Below the pieces are notes generated by a model. It was not told where the DNA came from, made no database searches, and saw only the letters and a program-made list of their open reading frames with translations. Of a stretch of 64,000 bases of DNA, positions 10,077 through 19,113 are shown piece by piece (positions within the stretch are counted from its first letter, which is position 1; each line of letters opens with the position of its first letter). Origin of the DNA: Vulcanimicrobiota bacterium (lineage in GTDB: Bacteria; Vulcanimicrobiota; Xenobia; Xenobiales; JADMJV01); the NCBI GenBank assembly GCA_050250895.1, contig JBFWNU010000007.1, positions 64,001 through 128,000 of the forward strand, read 5' to 3'. The position numbers were made by a program, and so were the translations under genes.

Positions 10077-10768
10077 GCGGCCGTCGCAAACCGTGGCAAG
10101 GTCTGGCCGGACAGCTCTTGTCGTCGCTCGGGCGCTGGTTGCCGCGTCGCTTTTTCTTTGCCAGCGAACTGGTGTTGAACTATCTGGCCGTGGGTCATTG
10201 GATGCGGCGCCGGGGGTTTGCTCCGGTGGCTCAAAAGCGGGATCGGGTCGACCACTTTCGGGCCGTGGCCGCCGGGATGGCCGACCAACCTGTAGCCTAT
10301 CTCGAGTTTGGTGTCCGCGAGGGAGAGTCGCTACGGTTGTGGGCCGAGCTTCTAGCCCACTCCGAGAGTGAACTGCACGGTTTCGATAGTTTCGAGGGCT
10401 TGCCCGAAGATTGGGGGCTCCACCAACCCAAAGGGGCCTTTGACCAGGGCGGGCGGGCCCCTGTCTTCGAGGACCCAAGAGTGGTCTTACACCAGGGCTG
10501 GTTCGAGCAAACCTTGCCCGAGTTCAAAGTGCCGACGGACAAACGGCTGGTCGTCCACTGCGATGCGGATCTCTACAGCTCTACCAAGATCGTGCTGGAT
10601 TCTCTGGGGAAACACTTCCGCGCTGGGACGATCCTGATGTTTGACGAGTTTCCGGTGCGCGAGCATGAACTCAAGGCCTTCGACGAGTATTTGCTGGCGC
10701 ATCCCGCGGAGCTTCGCATCCTGAGTGCGACTCGCGGGTTTGCACAGGTAGCCTTCGAGTTTCTCTAG
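10073..10768 (+). CDS. TylF/MycF-family (macrocin-type) O-methyltransferase
   Basis: 'YLEFGV..G', 'GFDSFEGLPEDW', 'GWFEQTLP', 'HCDADLYSST', 'FDEF'; ATGA overlap with the previous gene. Confidence 0.8.
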   Translation: MSGRRKPWQGLAGQLLSSLGRWLPRRFFFASELVLNYLAVGHWMRRRGFAPVAQKRDRVDHFRAVAAGMADQPVAYLEFGVREGESLRLWAELLAHSESELHGFDSFEGLPEDWGLHQPKGAFDQGGRAPVFEDPRVVLHQGWFEQTLPEFKVPTDKRLVVHCDADLYSSTKIVLDSLGKHFRAGTILMFDEFPVREHELKAFDEYLLAHPAELRILSATRGFAQVAFEFL

Positions 10769-10773
10769 AGGGA

Positions 10774-13314
10774 TCACCGGAGCTCAATTTTGGAGAGGGC
10801 TTGCTCGTCCACATCTTTTTCGCGGCTGCCGGTGATGATGGTGGAGCGCACCAATAAATCACCTCCGCGAGGGAAGATGGGCTTCTTGCGGTAGGCGCTC
10901 AGGGCGACCCCACAGCCCTCGAGGCGAGAGTCGCTCACCTCGGTCAACGAGGCGTCTTTACACTGTATGCCGACCTGGCAAGCGCGGAACTCGCAGTTGG
11001 CGACTTCTACTTTGGAGGCTTCGCCCACACTGATCCCCTTGTCGCCGCAGCCTTGGAAATAGCAGTTTTCCACCTTCAGTTCGTTGGTGGACAGATCCAG
11101 GCCGTCGTTGCCAGTATCGATAAAGCGGCAGCCGCGCACCAGGCCCCGGCACAGGTCGAGATCGAGCCCGTCCGAAAAACAGTCCTCAAACTCGCAATTG
11201 TCCAACGTCACCTGGCTGTAGGCAAAATTGACGGCGTCATCGCTTTCTTGATTGGCACCGAAACGGCTATCACGCAGCTGGATTTTACCGACCTGATAGG
11301 CGTTGAACATGCCTTTGAAGCGGTAGCCCTGGTAGTCGTCGAGGCTTCCGCCTTCAAGGTCGAGGCCTGTCAAGGACACCTCGGCCTGCCCCACCAGGGC
11401 CAGGCAGCCCCAGGGCCGGGTCGTGGCCGGGCGGAAGCGGATCGGCTTGGAAATGCTGCCCCCGGCCTGGATTTTCCCGAACACGAAGATGGATACGCCG
11501 GGGTCGAGGGTTAGCTCGGTGCCAGCCGCCAGGCTCAGCTCATCCTGGGGCCGAACGACCAGATCCTCGTCGAGATGGACCTGGCCGGGACCCAGGTTGA
11601 TCCGTTTGCCTTTCGAGGGGAACAGAAAGAACGGGTGGACCGTATTGGGGGCGTCTGGCAAAGCCTGATCCGAGGGCGACAAGGTTTCGCCGGTGTAGGG
11701 ATTGGAGAACTCCAGGTCCTGGGGCGGGTTGCCCAGTTGATAGACGAAGGGGGCGGGTCGCGCGATGGCCACAGGATGGCGGCGAACCAGTTCCATATCG
11801 CCGTAGCGCCGGCCCGGGTCGAGTATCCAGCTCTCCGAGAACGAATGGGTCTGGCCCGGAATGAGGATACGCCCCGAACGGCTGTGCACTTTGACCGCCA
11901 CCGTTCCGTAAACGGTGAGCCGGGTGCCACCCGACTGGGGCTCGAGCGAGAAGCGCGCTCCCTCAAAGTACGCTTTCAGGCGCTGGCAACGCCGGGCATA
12001 GAACTGCTTGAACTCTGCGGTCAGGCTGGGCAACTGGCTGGGAGTGGTGTAGCGGAATACCTGGAAATTCATGGCCCGCTCGGGCACATCCTCAGGCGCG
12101 TCAGGCCAGAAGCGAACCACTCCTCCATTGGCTGGATCGGCGCGCAGGTCGGGCTCGACCCGCGCCAGATAGTCGTCGATCACCTCGTTGATCTGGTCGG
12201 GTCGGGCGGTTTGCTCGATCAGTTCCCAGAGGATCTCGTCGCGGCGGCGCAGGAAGGTGGGGTCGGCATAGGCCAGGGCTTGCCACAGATTGAGAATCAG
12301 ATCGGGGTCGGTTTCGGCCTCCATCGATAGCCCAAAGCCGTTGACATCCCAGACCACCGGCTCGAGGTGGCCCCGGTCGGTGTCGTAGAAGAAGGTCTGA
12401 TTGTGCTGGTCGTCGATGTGCAGGCTGGCGCACAGCACCAGCAAAGCACACCAGCGCGCCATTCGCTCGCGGTCGAAGTGGGCGCCGAAAGCCTCGAGCG
12501 AGTCAGGGGTGAAGCTCGAGGCTGCCACCAGCTTCAAGGCCTGGTTGAAGAATTCGTTCTGGGCCTGGTCGGCGTCGCTGCGGTTCCAGATTTCGGGTTG
12601 GACCCAAAGGGGAGTGGAGCCGCCCACATCGTCGCCTTTGAAGAAGGCTCCCGGCAGGCGGCTGTTGGCCAGGGCCAGAGGCTCGCCGATGCGATAGCCA
12701 TCTAGATAGACGCCGGAGTATTTCTGGTTGATCGACAAGCGCACCGGTCGACTGCGCGGAGTCATCAGGTCGAGCTGTTGAGCCAGATACTCCGGCAACC
12801 AGTTGGCCAACACCAGGGGATCTTCCGGGCGCTGGAGCTCGAGGTAACGGCGTCCTCCTTGATCGGACCCGGAGATCTTGAGCCGCAAGGACGGCTTGGC
12901 GACCGTGTGGTGCCAGTCGTTAGCCCCCCGCAGTCCGACCTTGCATTTGTGCATCCGGCCGTCGGGGTTGACTACGTAGGCGGGAAACCAGGGGCGGTCT
13001 CCACCCTCCTCGCGCCCTAGCTTGGCGTCGCCGTAACGAAGAGCTTCGAGCATCTCGCGGAGGGTGTTGTCGGCCACGAAGAGGTCGTAACCGGGCAACT
13101 GGCTAGTGGCGGGCGGGGCAGGGGCGGTGGCCAGAGTGACCAGACGCGCCCACAGGTTGCCGGCCGCGAATCGAACCGATTGCGTTCGATACCGGGTGCC
13201 CAGCACATCGACCAGAAACTTGGACTGCGCCAGCTGCACTCCCAGGCTGGCCGTCAGGATCAGCAGCAGCAACCCGAGCAGAGCCAGCATGCGGGCGATG
13301 GGAACTCGGCGCAC
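10774..13314 (-). CDS. CotH kinase-family protein with C-terminal right-handed beta-helix, membrane anchored
   Basis: N-terminal TM segment; 'KVGLRG...HH...KPSLRLK', 'INQKYSGVY', 'HNQTFFYD....LEPVVWD'; C-terminal repeats 'DGLDLD', 'GDKGISVGE'. Start uncertain (13377/13314/13290). Confidence 0.75.
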   Translation of the reverse strand: MRRVPIARMLALLGLLLLILTASLGVQLAQSKFLVDVLGTRYRTQSVRFAAGNLWARLVTLATAPAPPATSQLPGYDLFVADNTLREMLEALRYGDAKLGREEGGDRPWFPAYVVNPDGRMHKCKVGLRGANDWHHTVAKPSLRLKISGSDQGGRRYLELQRPEDPLVLANWLPEYLAQQLDLMTPRSRPVRLSINQKYSGVYLDGYRIGEPLALANSRLPGAFFKGDDVGGSTPLWVQPEIWNRSDADQAQNEFFNQALKLVAASSFTPDSLEAFGAHFDRERMARWCALLVLCASLHIDDQHNQTFFYDTDRGHLEPVVWDVNGFGLSMEAETDPDLILNLWQALAYADPTFLRRRDEILWELIEQTARPDQINEVIDDYLARVEPDLRADPANGGVVRFWPDAPEDVPERAMNFQVFRYTTPSQLPSLTAEFKQFYARRCQRLKAYFEGARFSLEPQSGGTRLTVYGTVAVKVHSRSGRILIPGQTHSFSESWILDPGRRYGDMELVRRHPVAIARPAPFVYQLGNPPQDLEFSNPYTGETLSPSDQALPDAPNTVHPFFLFPSKGKRINLGPGQVHLDEDLVVRPQDELSLAAGTELTLDPGVSIFVFGKIQAGGSISKPIRFRPATTRPWGCLALVGQAEVSLTGLDLEGGSLDDYQGYRFKGMFNAYQVGKIQLRDSRFGANQESDDAVNFAYSQVTLDNCEFEDCFSDGLDLDLCRGLVRGCRFIDTGNDGLDLSTNELKVENCYFQGCGDKGISVGEASKVEVANCEFRACQVGIQCKDASLTEVSDSRLEGCGVALSAYRKKPIFPRGGDLLVRSTIITGSREKDVDEQALSKIELR

Positions 13315-13449
13315 GCGGCCCTCGCGCGAGCGTTGCCATAGACCCCCGGCGCGATAGAAGAAGCGGCCCACGCACACCGTTTCGACATGGCGGCACCCCC
13401 GCTCCTCGCTGAAGGAATATCCCGGTCACGGGCCTAAACACACCGCGCA

Positions 13450-14148
13450 ATGAACGAGGTTCTAAGGTTTCTCCGACTGGAAGGGGTGCAAACCGACGCC
13501 CTGCCGGTTTGGGAAGCCCTCTTCGCCATCTGCGTGGCCGCCCTCTGTTCGTGCCTGATCAGCCTGGTCTATCGCTGGACCCACCAGGAACTGGCCTATT
13601 CTCCCTCTTACGTGCGCACGCTGGTGCTGGTCTCGATGGTGACCGCGTTGATCATGGTGGTCATCGGCTCGAATATCGCCCGCGCCTTTTCGCTGGTGGG
13701 CGCGCTCTCGATCATCCGTTTTCGTAATGCGGTCAAAGAAACCCGCGATGTCGGCTTCATCTTCTTTTCCATGGCCGTGGCCATGGCCAGCGGCACTCGT
13801 TTCTATCTGTTGGCGCTGGCCGGCACCGCCTTGATTTCGGTGATCATGCTGGTGGTCCATCACTTTGACTTTGGTGGGCGCACCCTCGAACCGGAGCGGT
13901 TGCTCCGGTTACGTCTGCCAGCCGGAACCGACCCCATGGTCGTGCTCGACGCTCCGTTCGCCGAACTCTTCGTGGCCTGGAGCCTGATTTTGCTAGAGAC
14001 CGTTCAACAGGGCTTGGCGGTGGACGCGGTCTTTTCGGTCCGCCGTAAAGACGGGGTGAGCGCGGCTAAAGTGATCGAGCGCCTTCAGGCTCTCGATGAA
14101 AACCCCAAGGTCACCTATCACCTCGGCTTTGATGTCGATGAAATCTAG
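13450..14148 (+). CDS. DUF4956-family membrane protein
   Basis: 'VIGSNIARAFSLVGALSIIRFRNAVKETRD..FIF' signature, multiple TM helices. Confidence 0.85.
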   Translation: MNEVLRFLRLEGVQTDALPVWEALFAICVAALCSCLISLVYRWTHQELAYSPSYVRTLVLVSMVTALIMVVIGSNIARAFSLVGALSIIRFRNAVKETRDVGFIFFSMAVAMASGTRFYLLALAGTALISVIMLVVHHFDFGGRTLEPERLLRLRLPAGTDPMVVLDAPFAELFVAWSLILLETVQQGLAVDAVFSVRRKDGVSAAKVIERLQALDENPKVTYHLGFDVDEI

Positions 14149-14887
14149 CGGGCGCTACGAACTCAAGTTCTTTATCGATGGTGAGGACAAGCGCGAGGTG
14201 CTCGAGCGACTCGAGCCGGGTCTGGTGCCTGACAAACATGGTGAGGCGGGCGTCTATCGCATCACCAGCCTGTACTACGACACGCCGGCTTTGACGGCGT
14301 TTCACGAGAAGCTCGACGGGGTCAACCCCCGCCACAAGTTCCGTCTGCGCTATTACGGCGACCAGCTCCCTGACTCGGGGTATTTCGAGGTCAAGTCGCG
14401 CCACTATCAACTCATCCGTAAACTGCGCGTGCCCGTCGACAAGGCCACGTTCTGGCAGCTGGTGAGTTGCCCAGCGCGCCTGCGCGCTCTTGAGGGGGCG
14501 AAGGGCCCCGTGCCGGGTCTGGAGTTTGTCCATCTGCAGGCGAGCCGAGCTCCGCTGGCCCCTACGGCCGTCACTTCCTATCGTCGCGAGGCCTACCTGA
14601 GTCGGTTTGACCCGACCCTGCGGGTGACTTTCGACCATCTTTGCCAGGCCTTTTCTCCCCACCAGTTCCCCCCCGGGCCTGACGACGAGGGCCCGCCGCT
14701 CTGCCTGGCCACCCACATCCTGATGGAGGTCAAGTTCAATCATCGGTTGCCAGGCTGGGTCCGCGACGCGGTCGTGGGCCGTCGCCTGCGACCGGTTCGG
14801 TTCTCGAAATACTGCGAAGCCATCTTCGCGCTGGGCGACCATCCGGTCCGGCGGCGGCTGGCCGCCGTCAATTCGCGCAAAGACTAG
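14138..14887 (+). CDS. VTC (polyphosphate polymerase) domain protein
   Basis: 'RYELKF', 'Y.ITSLYYDT', 'KFRLRYY', 'YRREAY', 'LRVTFD', 'ILMEVKF', 'FSKYC'; start taken at MKSSGRYELK. Confidence 0.85.
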   Translation: MKSSGRYELKFFIDGEDKREVLERLEPGLVPDKHGEAGVYRITSLYYDTPALTAFHEKLDGVNPRHKFRLRYYGDQLPDSGYFEVKSRHYQLIRKLRVPVDKATFWQLVSCPARLRALEGAKGPVPGLEFVHLQASRAPLAPTAVTSYRREAYLSRFDPTLRVTFDHLCQAFSPHQFPPGPDDEGPPLCLATHILMEVKFNHRLPGWVRDAVVGRRLRPVRFSKYCEAIFALGDHPVRRRLAAVNSRKD

Positions 14888-15525
14888 ACCTCGGGTAGCC
14901 CCGAGACCAGGGGCACGAAGCGCACCCGCGAAAGGTTTTCCTGGCGAAATTGCTCGGGCCCGAGCCGAGTGAGGCGCAGCAGGTGCTGGTCTTCGGGCTG
15001 GCCCACCGGAATGACGAGGCGTCCACCGATGCGCAGTTGCGCTCGCAAGGCGGGGGGTACTTCGAGGCCGCCGGCCGCCACCGAAATGGCATCAAACGGT
15101 GCTGCCTCGGCTAACCCCTGGGTCCCATCCCCGTGGCGAACCTCGACGTTTCTGTAGCCCAGCCGGGCCAGTCGTCGGCTGGCTGTCTGAGCCAGTTCGA
15201 GGTGCCGCTCGACGGTGAACACCCGTCGACAGAGCCTGGCCAGCACGGCGGCGGCGTAGCCCGAGCCGGTGCCCACTTCCAGCACGACATCGGTGGGCCG
15301 AAGTTGCAAGGCCTGGGCCATCAAAGCCACGATGTAAGGCTGGGAGATGGTCTGTCCCTGACCGATGGAGAGGGGATGGTCGGAATAGGCGCAGTTGCGA
15401 ATGTTCTCTTCCACGAACTCTTCCCTGGGCACCGAGCCCATCGCTTCGAGAACGGCGGCAGAATGAATGCCTCGCGGCTTGAGGTCGGCGTCGAGCATAC
15501 GCTCACGGTGGCGGGCGGGATCCAT
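14884..15525 (-). CDS. pcm: Protein-L-isoaspartate O-methyltransferase
   Basis: 'VPREEF', 'GQTISQPYIVA', 'VLEVGTGSGY', 'GGRLVIPVG', 'VRFVPL'. Confidence 0.95.
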   Translation of the reverse strand: MDPARHRERMLDADLKPRGIHSAAVLEAMGSVPREEFVEENIRNCAYSDHPLSIGQGQTISQPYIVALMAQALQLRPTDVVLEVGTGSGYAAAVLARLCRRVFTVERHLELAQTASRRLARLGYRNVEVRHGDGTQGLAEAAPFDAISVAAGGLEVPPALRAQLRIGGRLVIPVGQPEDQHLLRLTRLGPEQFRQENLSRVRFVPLVSGLPEV

Positions 15526-15570
15526 CTATCCTAGATATTACCCAGGCAACCGGTGGCTGAACCCGGGGCT

Positions 15571-15598
15571 TTGTCGCCAGAGCCATTTGCGCTATAAT
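15571..15598 (+). promoter_or_regulatory. sigma70-type promoter, probably for a leaderless mRNA
   Basis: TTGTCG, 16 bp spacer, TATAAT (15593-15598), followed 6 nt later by the ATG at 15605. Confidence 0.5.
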
Positions 15599-15604
15599 CG
15601 GACC

Positions 15605-16030
15605 ATGCGTTCTTCCTCCCGTCATCTCTGGTATGCCTTACTACTGACCCTGCTGGCGGCTGCCCTCGGGGCTCGTTTTTTGACCACCACCCCCGGGGCC
15701 TCGACTCCGACCGGGGTCTGGGTCCAGACCCTGGGAGACGATGGACACTTTCTGGCCGAGTTGCGCCTCGAGCCCACGGGGGACCACTACACTGCCACCC
15801 CGCTCGCAATGTCCGAAGATGCCTATCCTCGCCGTCCCTACCGCTCTTTCAATCACCACTTCTCGGCGGCGAGTTGGACCTTTCAAGAAGACTGGGGCGA
15901 CGAAGTCGGTCGCTTCGAGCTAAAATGCGTGGCTCCGGGCCGCTACGAAGGGTTGCTCTTCTACTCGGGCGCTCCTGAGGGCACGCCTACGGCCTTCGAA
16001 CGTCGATCAGCGGCAGCCGACGGTCGATAG
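15605..16030 (+). CDS. Hypothetical membrane-anchored or secreted protein
   Basis: MRSSSRHLWYALLLTLLAAALG hydrophobic N-terminus; fills the gap between pcm and sfsA; 44-bp convergent overlap with sfsA. Confidence 0.6.
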   Translation: MRSSSRHLWYALLLTLLAAALGARFLTTTPGASTPTGVWVQTLGDDGHFLAELRLEPTGDHYTATPLAMSEDAYPRRPYRSFNHHFSAASWTFQEDWGDEVGRFELKCVAPGRYEGLLFYSGAPEGTPTAFERRSAAADGR

Positions 16031-16697
16031 CCAGCCGCTCGGGGCTGACCGCCAGGCGATAGCACAGCATCTCGACCCCGGCTTGTTGGGCCTGACGAAA
16101 GGCCTGGGCATAGGCGGGGTCGATCTCATCAGCCGGTCGATAGCCCTGGACATCGGCTCGGGCGACCAAATAGAGCATCACGCAGCGATGGCCATTCAGG
16201 CGCAGTTGGGTTAGCTCGCGCAGGTGGCGTGTGCCCCGAGCCGTGACCGCGTCCGGAAAGGCGGCCAGCTGGTCGCATTTGAAGGTCACTTGCTTTACCT
16301 CGAGATAGGTCGGAGGATGCGTCTCCAGGCAAAAGTCGAACCGGCTGGCGCCCACCTTGACTTCGCTGCGGAAGTCGGAATAGTCGCCCAGCTCGGGCGG
16401 GTGGCTGGCCAGGAGCCGGGCCGCCACGCGATTGGCGTTGAGGGTATTGACCACCACCCACTGGCCCTCTACTTCGGATAGTTCCCAGGTGTAGCGAAGC
16501 TTGCGCTTGCCGCCGGTTCCGTGGTCGGTGAGCAAGATTCGGCCGTGGCTGGGCAGGCAGCTAGTCATACGGCCCGGGTTGGGGCAGTGGACTACCACTT
16601 CCTGGCCGTCGGCCAACCGGGCGTCACAGAGAAATCGCTTGTAGCGTCGTAAAAAGCGCGCCTCGAGCAGAGGTGGCAAAGCCAGTGCGGGGCTCAT
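15987..16697 (-). CDS. sfsA: DNA/RNA nuclease SfsA
   Basis: 'RRYKRFL', 'HCPNPGRM', 'SRFDF', 'YLEVK.VT', 'FPDAVTARG.RHL.EL'. Confidence 0.92.
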   Translation of the reverse strand: MSPALALPPLLEARFLRRYKRFLCDARLADGQEVVVHCPNPGRMTSCLPSHGRILLTDHGTGGKRKLRYTWELSEVEGQWVVVNTLNANRVAARLLASHPPELGDYSDFRSEVKVGASRFDFCLETHPPTYLEVKQVTFKCDQLAAFPDAVTARGTRHLRELTQLRLNGHRCVMLYLVARADVQGYRPADEIDPAYAQAFRQAQQAGVEMLCYRLAVSPERLAIDRRLPLIDVRRP

Positions 16698-17413
16698 GTC
16701 TCGAGTTCTAGCTCGCTTTTGAGCAAGGCCTCGACTCGTTCCACCTCGCCGGCCTCGCGCGATTCGAGCACGAGCTCGACCTTCCAGACGCCCTCGAGGT
16801 GCTTGGGATAGGAGCCGATGCGCACCTTGGGGTTGTCGTTGGCGATTTTGTGCAACATGGCTGCGATGTCGGTTTCGTGGGCCGCGAAGAGCAAGCGCGT
16901 CTCGAAGCTGGGCGGGCCCTGGAAGAGGTAGGCGATCTGTTCGAATTTTTTGCGCAATAGCTCGGGGATACCGGGAAAAATGTAGACGTTAGCGATCACG
17001 ACCTGAGGATAATTGGCTCCCTCGGGATAGATCAGCTCGGCTCCCTCGGGGATCGAGGCCAGCCGGTTCTGGGCCAGGCTCAACTCGTCGACTTTGTAGT
17101 AGAGCTTGAGCAACCGCTCGAGGCCGGGGCTGGTCACCACCTGGCGTCCGAAGGCGTGAGCCACCGCATCGATAGTCAGGTCGTCGTGGGTGGGGCCGAT
17201 GCCCCCCGAGGTCAGCACGTAGGTGTGCTCGGCACTGGCTTTGGTCACGGCCGCCGCGATGATCTCGAGTTCATCAGGCAGGATGCGCACCTCACGCACG
17301 TCGACCCCGAGTTCGGTGAGTCGGCGCGTCAGAAAGGGGGTGTTCTCGTCCACCACCCGACCGGTGAGGATCTCGTTGCCGATGATGATCAGGCAGGCCG
17401 TGGCCGGTTGCAT
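16694..17413 (-). CDS. Molybdopterin-binding / CinA-like domain protein
   Basis: 'IIGNEILTG.V.DEN', 'SGGIGPTHDDLT', 'FPGIP', 'IGSYP'. Confidence 0.85.
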   Translation of the reverse strand: MQPATACLIIIGNEILTGRVVDENTPFLTRRLTELGVDVREVRILPDELEIIAAAVTKASAEHTYVLTSGGIGPTHDDLTIDAVAHAFGRQVVTSPGLERLLKLYYKVDELSLAQNRLASIPEGAELIYPEGANYPQVVIANVYIFPGIPELLRKKFEQIAYLFQGPPSFETRLLFAAHETDIAAMLHKIANDNPKVRIGSYPKHLEGVWKVELVLESREAGEVERVEALLKSELELET

Positions 17414-19113
17414 CAGTAGCCCTCCGCGTAGGCTGGCCGGCGCGGGTCGGCGCCGGCCTCGAGCACCCCGTCGGGTCGAACCCGAATCAGCATCACTTGA
17501 CCGATGGCGTTGATGGGAGCCAGTTGGTGCCCCATGGCGCGTAGCCGGTCGCGGGTGTCAGGAGAGAGCCCGAACTCGAAGGAGATCTGGTCCGGATACC
17601 ATTGATGGTGAATGCGGGGGAGCGAAACCGAGGTCTGGGCGTTGAAGCCGTAGACCAGGTTGTTGAGCAGCACCTGGAAAACGGCCGTGATAATGCGTGA
17701 GCCGCCGGGAGCGCCCAACGCGGCCACCAACCTGCCATCCTGTTGGACGAGGGTGGGGGTCATCGAGGAGAGGGGTCGTTTGCGGGGCTCGATCGAGTTG
17801 GCTTCGCCGCCCAGCAGGCCATAGGCGTTGGGCTTGCCCGGAGCCGCCGAAAAGTCGTCCATCTCGTTGTTGAGTAGCATTCCGGTGCCGTCGGCTACCA
17901 GGCAACTGCCGTAGCTGAAATTGAGCGTGTAAGTGAGGGAAACCGCCCAGCCTTTGTCGTCGACGACGCTAAGATGGGTCGTGTCGGGCGACTCGTAGCC
18001 GGGAGCTTGGCCAGGCCGGACCTCGGAACTCTTGCGGGCCTGGTCGTTGGGGATCGCGGCTCGCAGTTTGGCGGCGTAGGCCTTGGACGTCAGCCATTCG
18101 ACCGGTACTTTGGTGAAGTCGGGGTCGCCCAGCCAGCGGGAGCGGTCGGCATAGGCGCTGCGCATGGCTTCGGCCTGAAGGTGCAGCTCGGCCGCCCCCG
18201 CGTGTCCCTCGACGCTGAACTGCTCGCCCTCGAGGATGTTGAGCATCTGGATCAGGTGGACGCCTCCCGAAGAGGGAGGAGGCATCGAATAGACGGTATA
18301 GCCGCGAAAGGTGGCCGAGACCGGTTCGCGCCAGACGGCCTTGTATTCTTTGAGGTCCTGGGCAGTGAGCAAGCCGCCGTGGCTTTGCACGGCCCCGACC
18401 AGCTGCTGGGCCAGGTCGCCTTCGTAGAAGTCTCTGGGGCCGGCCCGGCCGAGCCGGTGCAGGGTTTCGGCGAGATCTTTCTGGACGAAGCGGGTGCCGA
18501 CCTCGGGCGGAGCCCCGCCGGGCAAGAAAATCGTCCGGCTCGATTCGAAACGGCTGAGCTTGGCCTGGGCCTGAGTCAATCCTCGGTGCATCCACGGAGT
18601 GACGATGATGCCGTCGCGAGCCAGGCTCTCGGCGGGGGCCGCAGCGTGCTCGAAGGTGATGGTGCCGAAACGGTCGAGAGCAGCTTCCAACCCGGCCACG
18701 GTGCCTGGCACTCCCATTGCCAGAGCACCTACGGTGGCGCGTTCGCGGTCCACACTGCCGTCAGCCTTGAGATACATATCCGAGGTCGCAGCCCGCGGGG
18801 CGACCTCGCGAAAATCCAGGGCGTAGACCTGGCCCTGGGGGTCGCGAATCAGCATGAAACCACCGCCGGCTAGATTGCCAGCGCGGGGCAGGGTCACCGA
18901 GAGAGCCAGAGCGGTAGCCACGGCCGCGTCCACGGCGTTGCCCCCATGCTCGAGCACCTGCAGGCCGGCCTCGCAAGCCTTGCGCTCTCCGGCCAACACC
19001 ATGCCGTGGCGAGCCTCGGTCGCATAGAACCGGTCCTTTTCTTCGATGATGTCCTGGGCCCGGACCGGCAGGCAGACCCACAGCAGCAACAGCCAGGCAA
19101 GCGCGCGTCTCAT
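17413..19113 (-). CDS. ggt: Gamma-glutamyltransferase
   Basis: Signal peptide from MRRALAW (19113); 'GGNAVDAA', 'PPPSSGG', catalytic 'DTTHLSVVD', 'LLNNEMDDF', 'KRPLSSMTP', 'GAPGGSRI'. Confidence 0.95.
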   Translation of the reverse strand: MRRALAWLLLLWVCLPVRAQDIIEEKDRFYATEARHGMVLAGERKACEAGLQVLEHGGNAVDAAVATALALSVTLPRAGNLAGGGFMLIRDPQGQVYALDFREVAPRAATSDMYLKADGSVDRERATVGALAMGVPGTVAGLEAALDRFGTITFEHAAAPAESLARDGIIVTPWMHRGLTQAQAKLSRFESSRTIFLPGGAPPEVGTRFVQKDLAETLHRLGRAGPRDFYEGDLAQQLVGAVQSHGGLLTAQDLKEYKAVWREPVSATFRGYTVYSMPPPSSGGVHLIQMLNILEGEQFSVEGHAGAAELHLQAEAMRSAYADRSRWLGDPDFTKVPVEWLTSKAYAAKLRAAIPNDQARKSSEVRPGQAPGYESPDTTHLSVVDDKGWAVSLTYTLNFSYGSCLVADGTGMLLNNEMDDFSAAPGKPNAYGLLGGEANSIEPRKRPLSSMTPTLVQQDGRLVAALGAPGGSRIITAVFQVLLNNLVYGFNAQTSVSLPRIHHQWYPDQISFEFGLSPDTRDRLRAMGHQLAPINAIGQVMLIRVRPDGVLEAGADPRRPAYAEGY

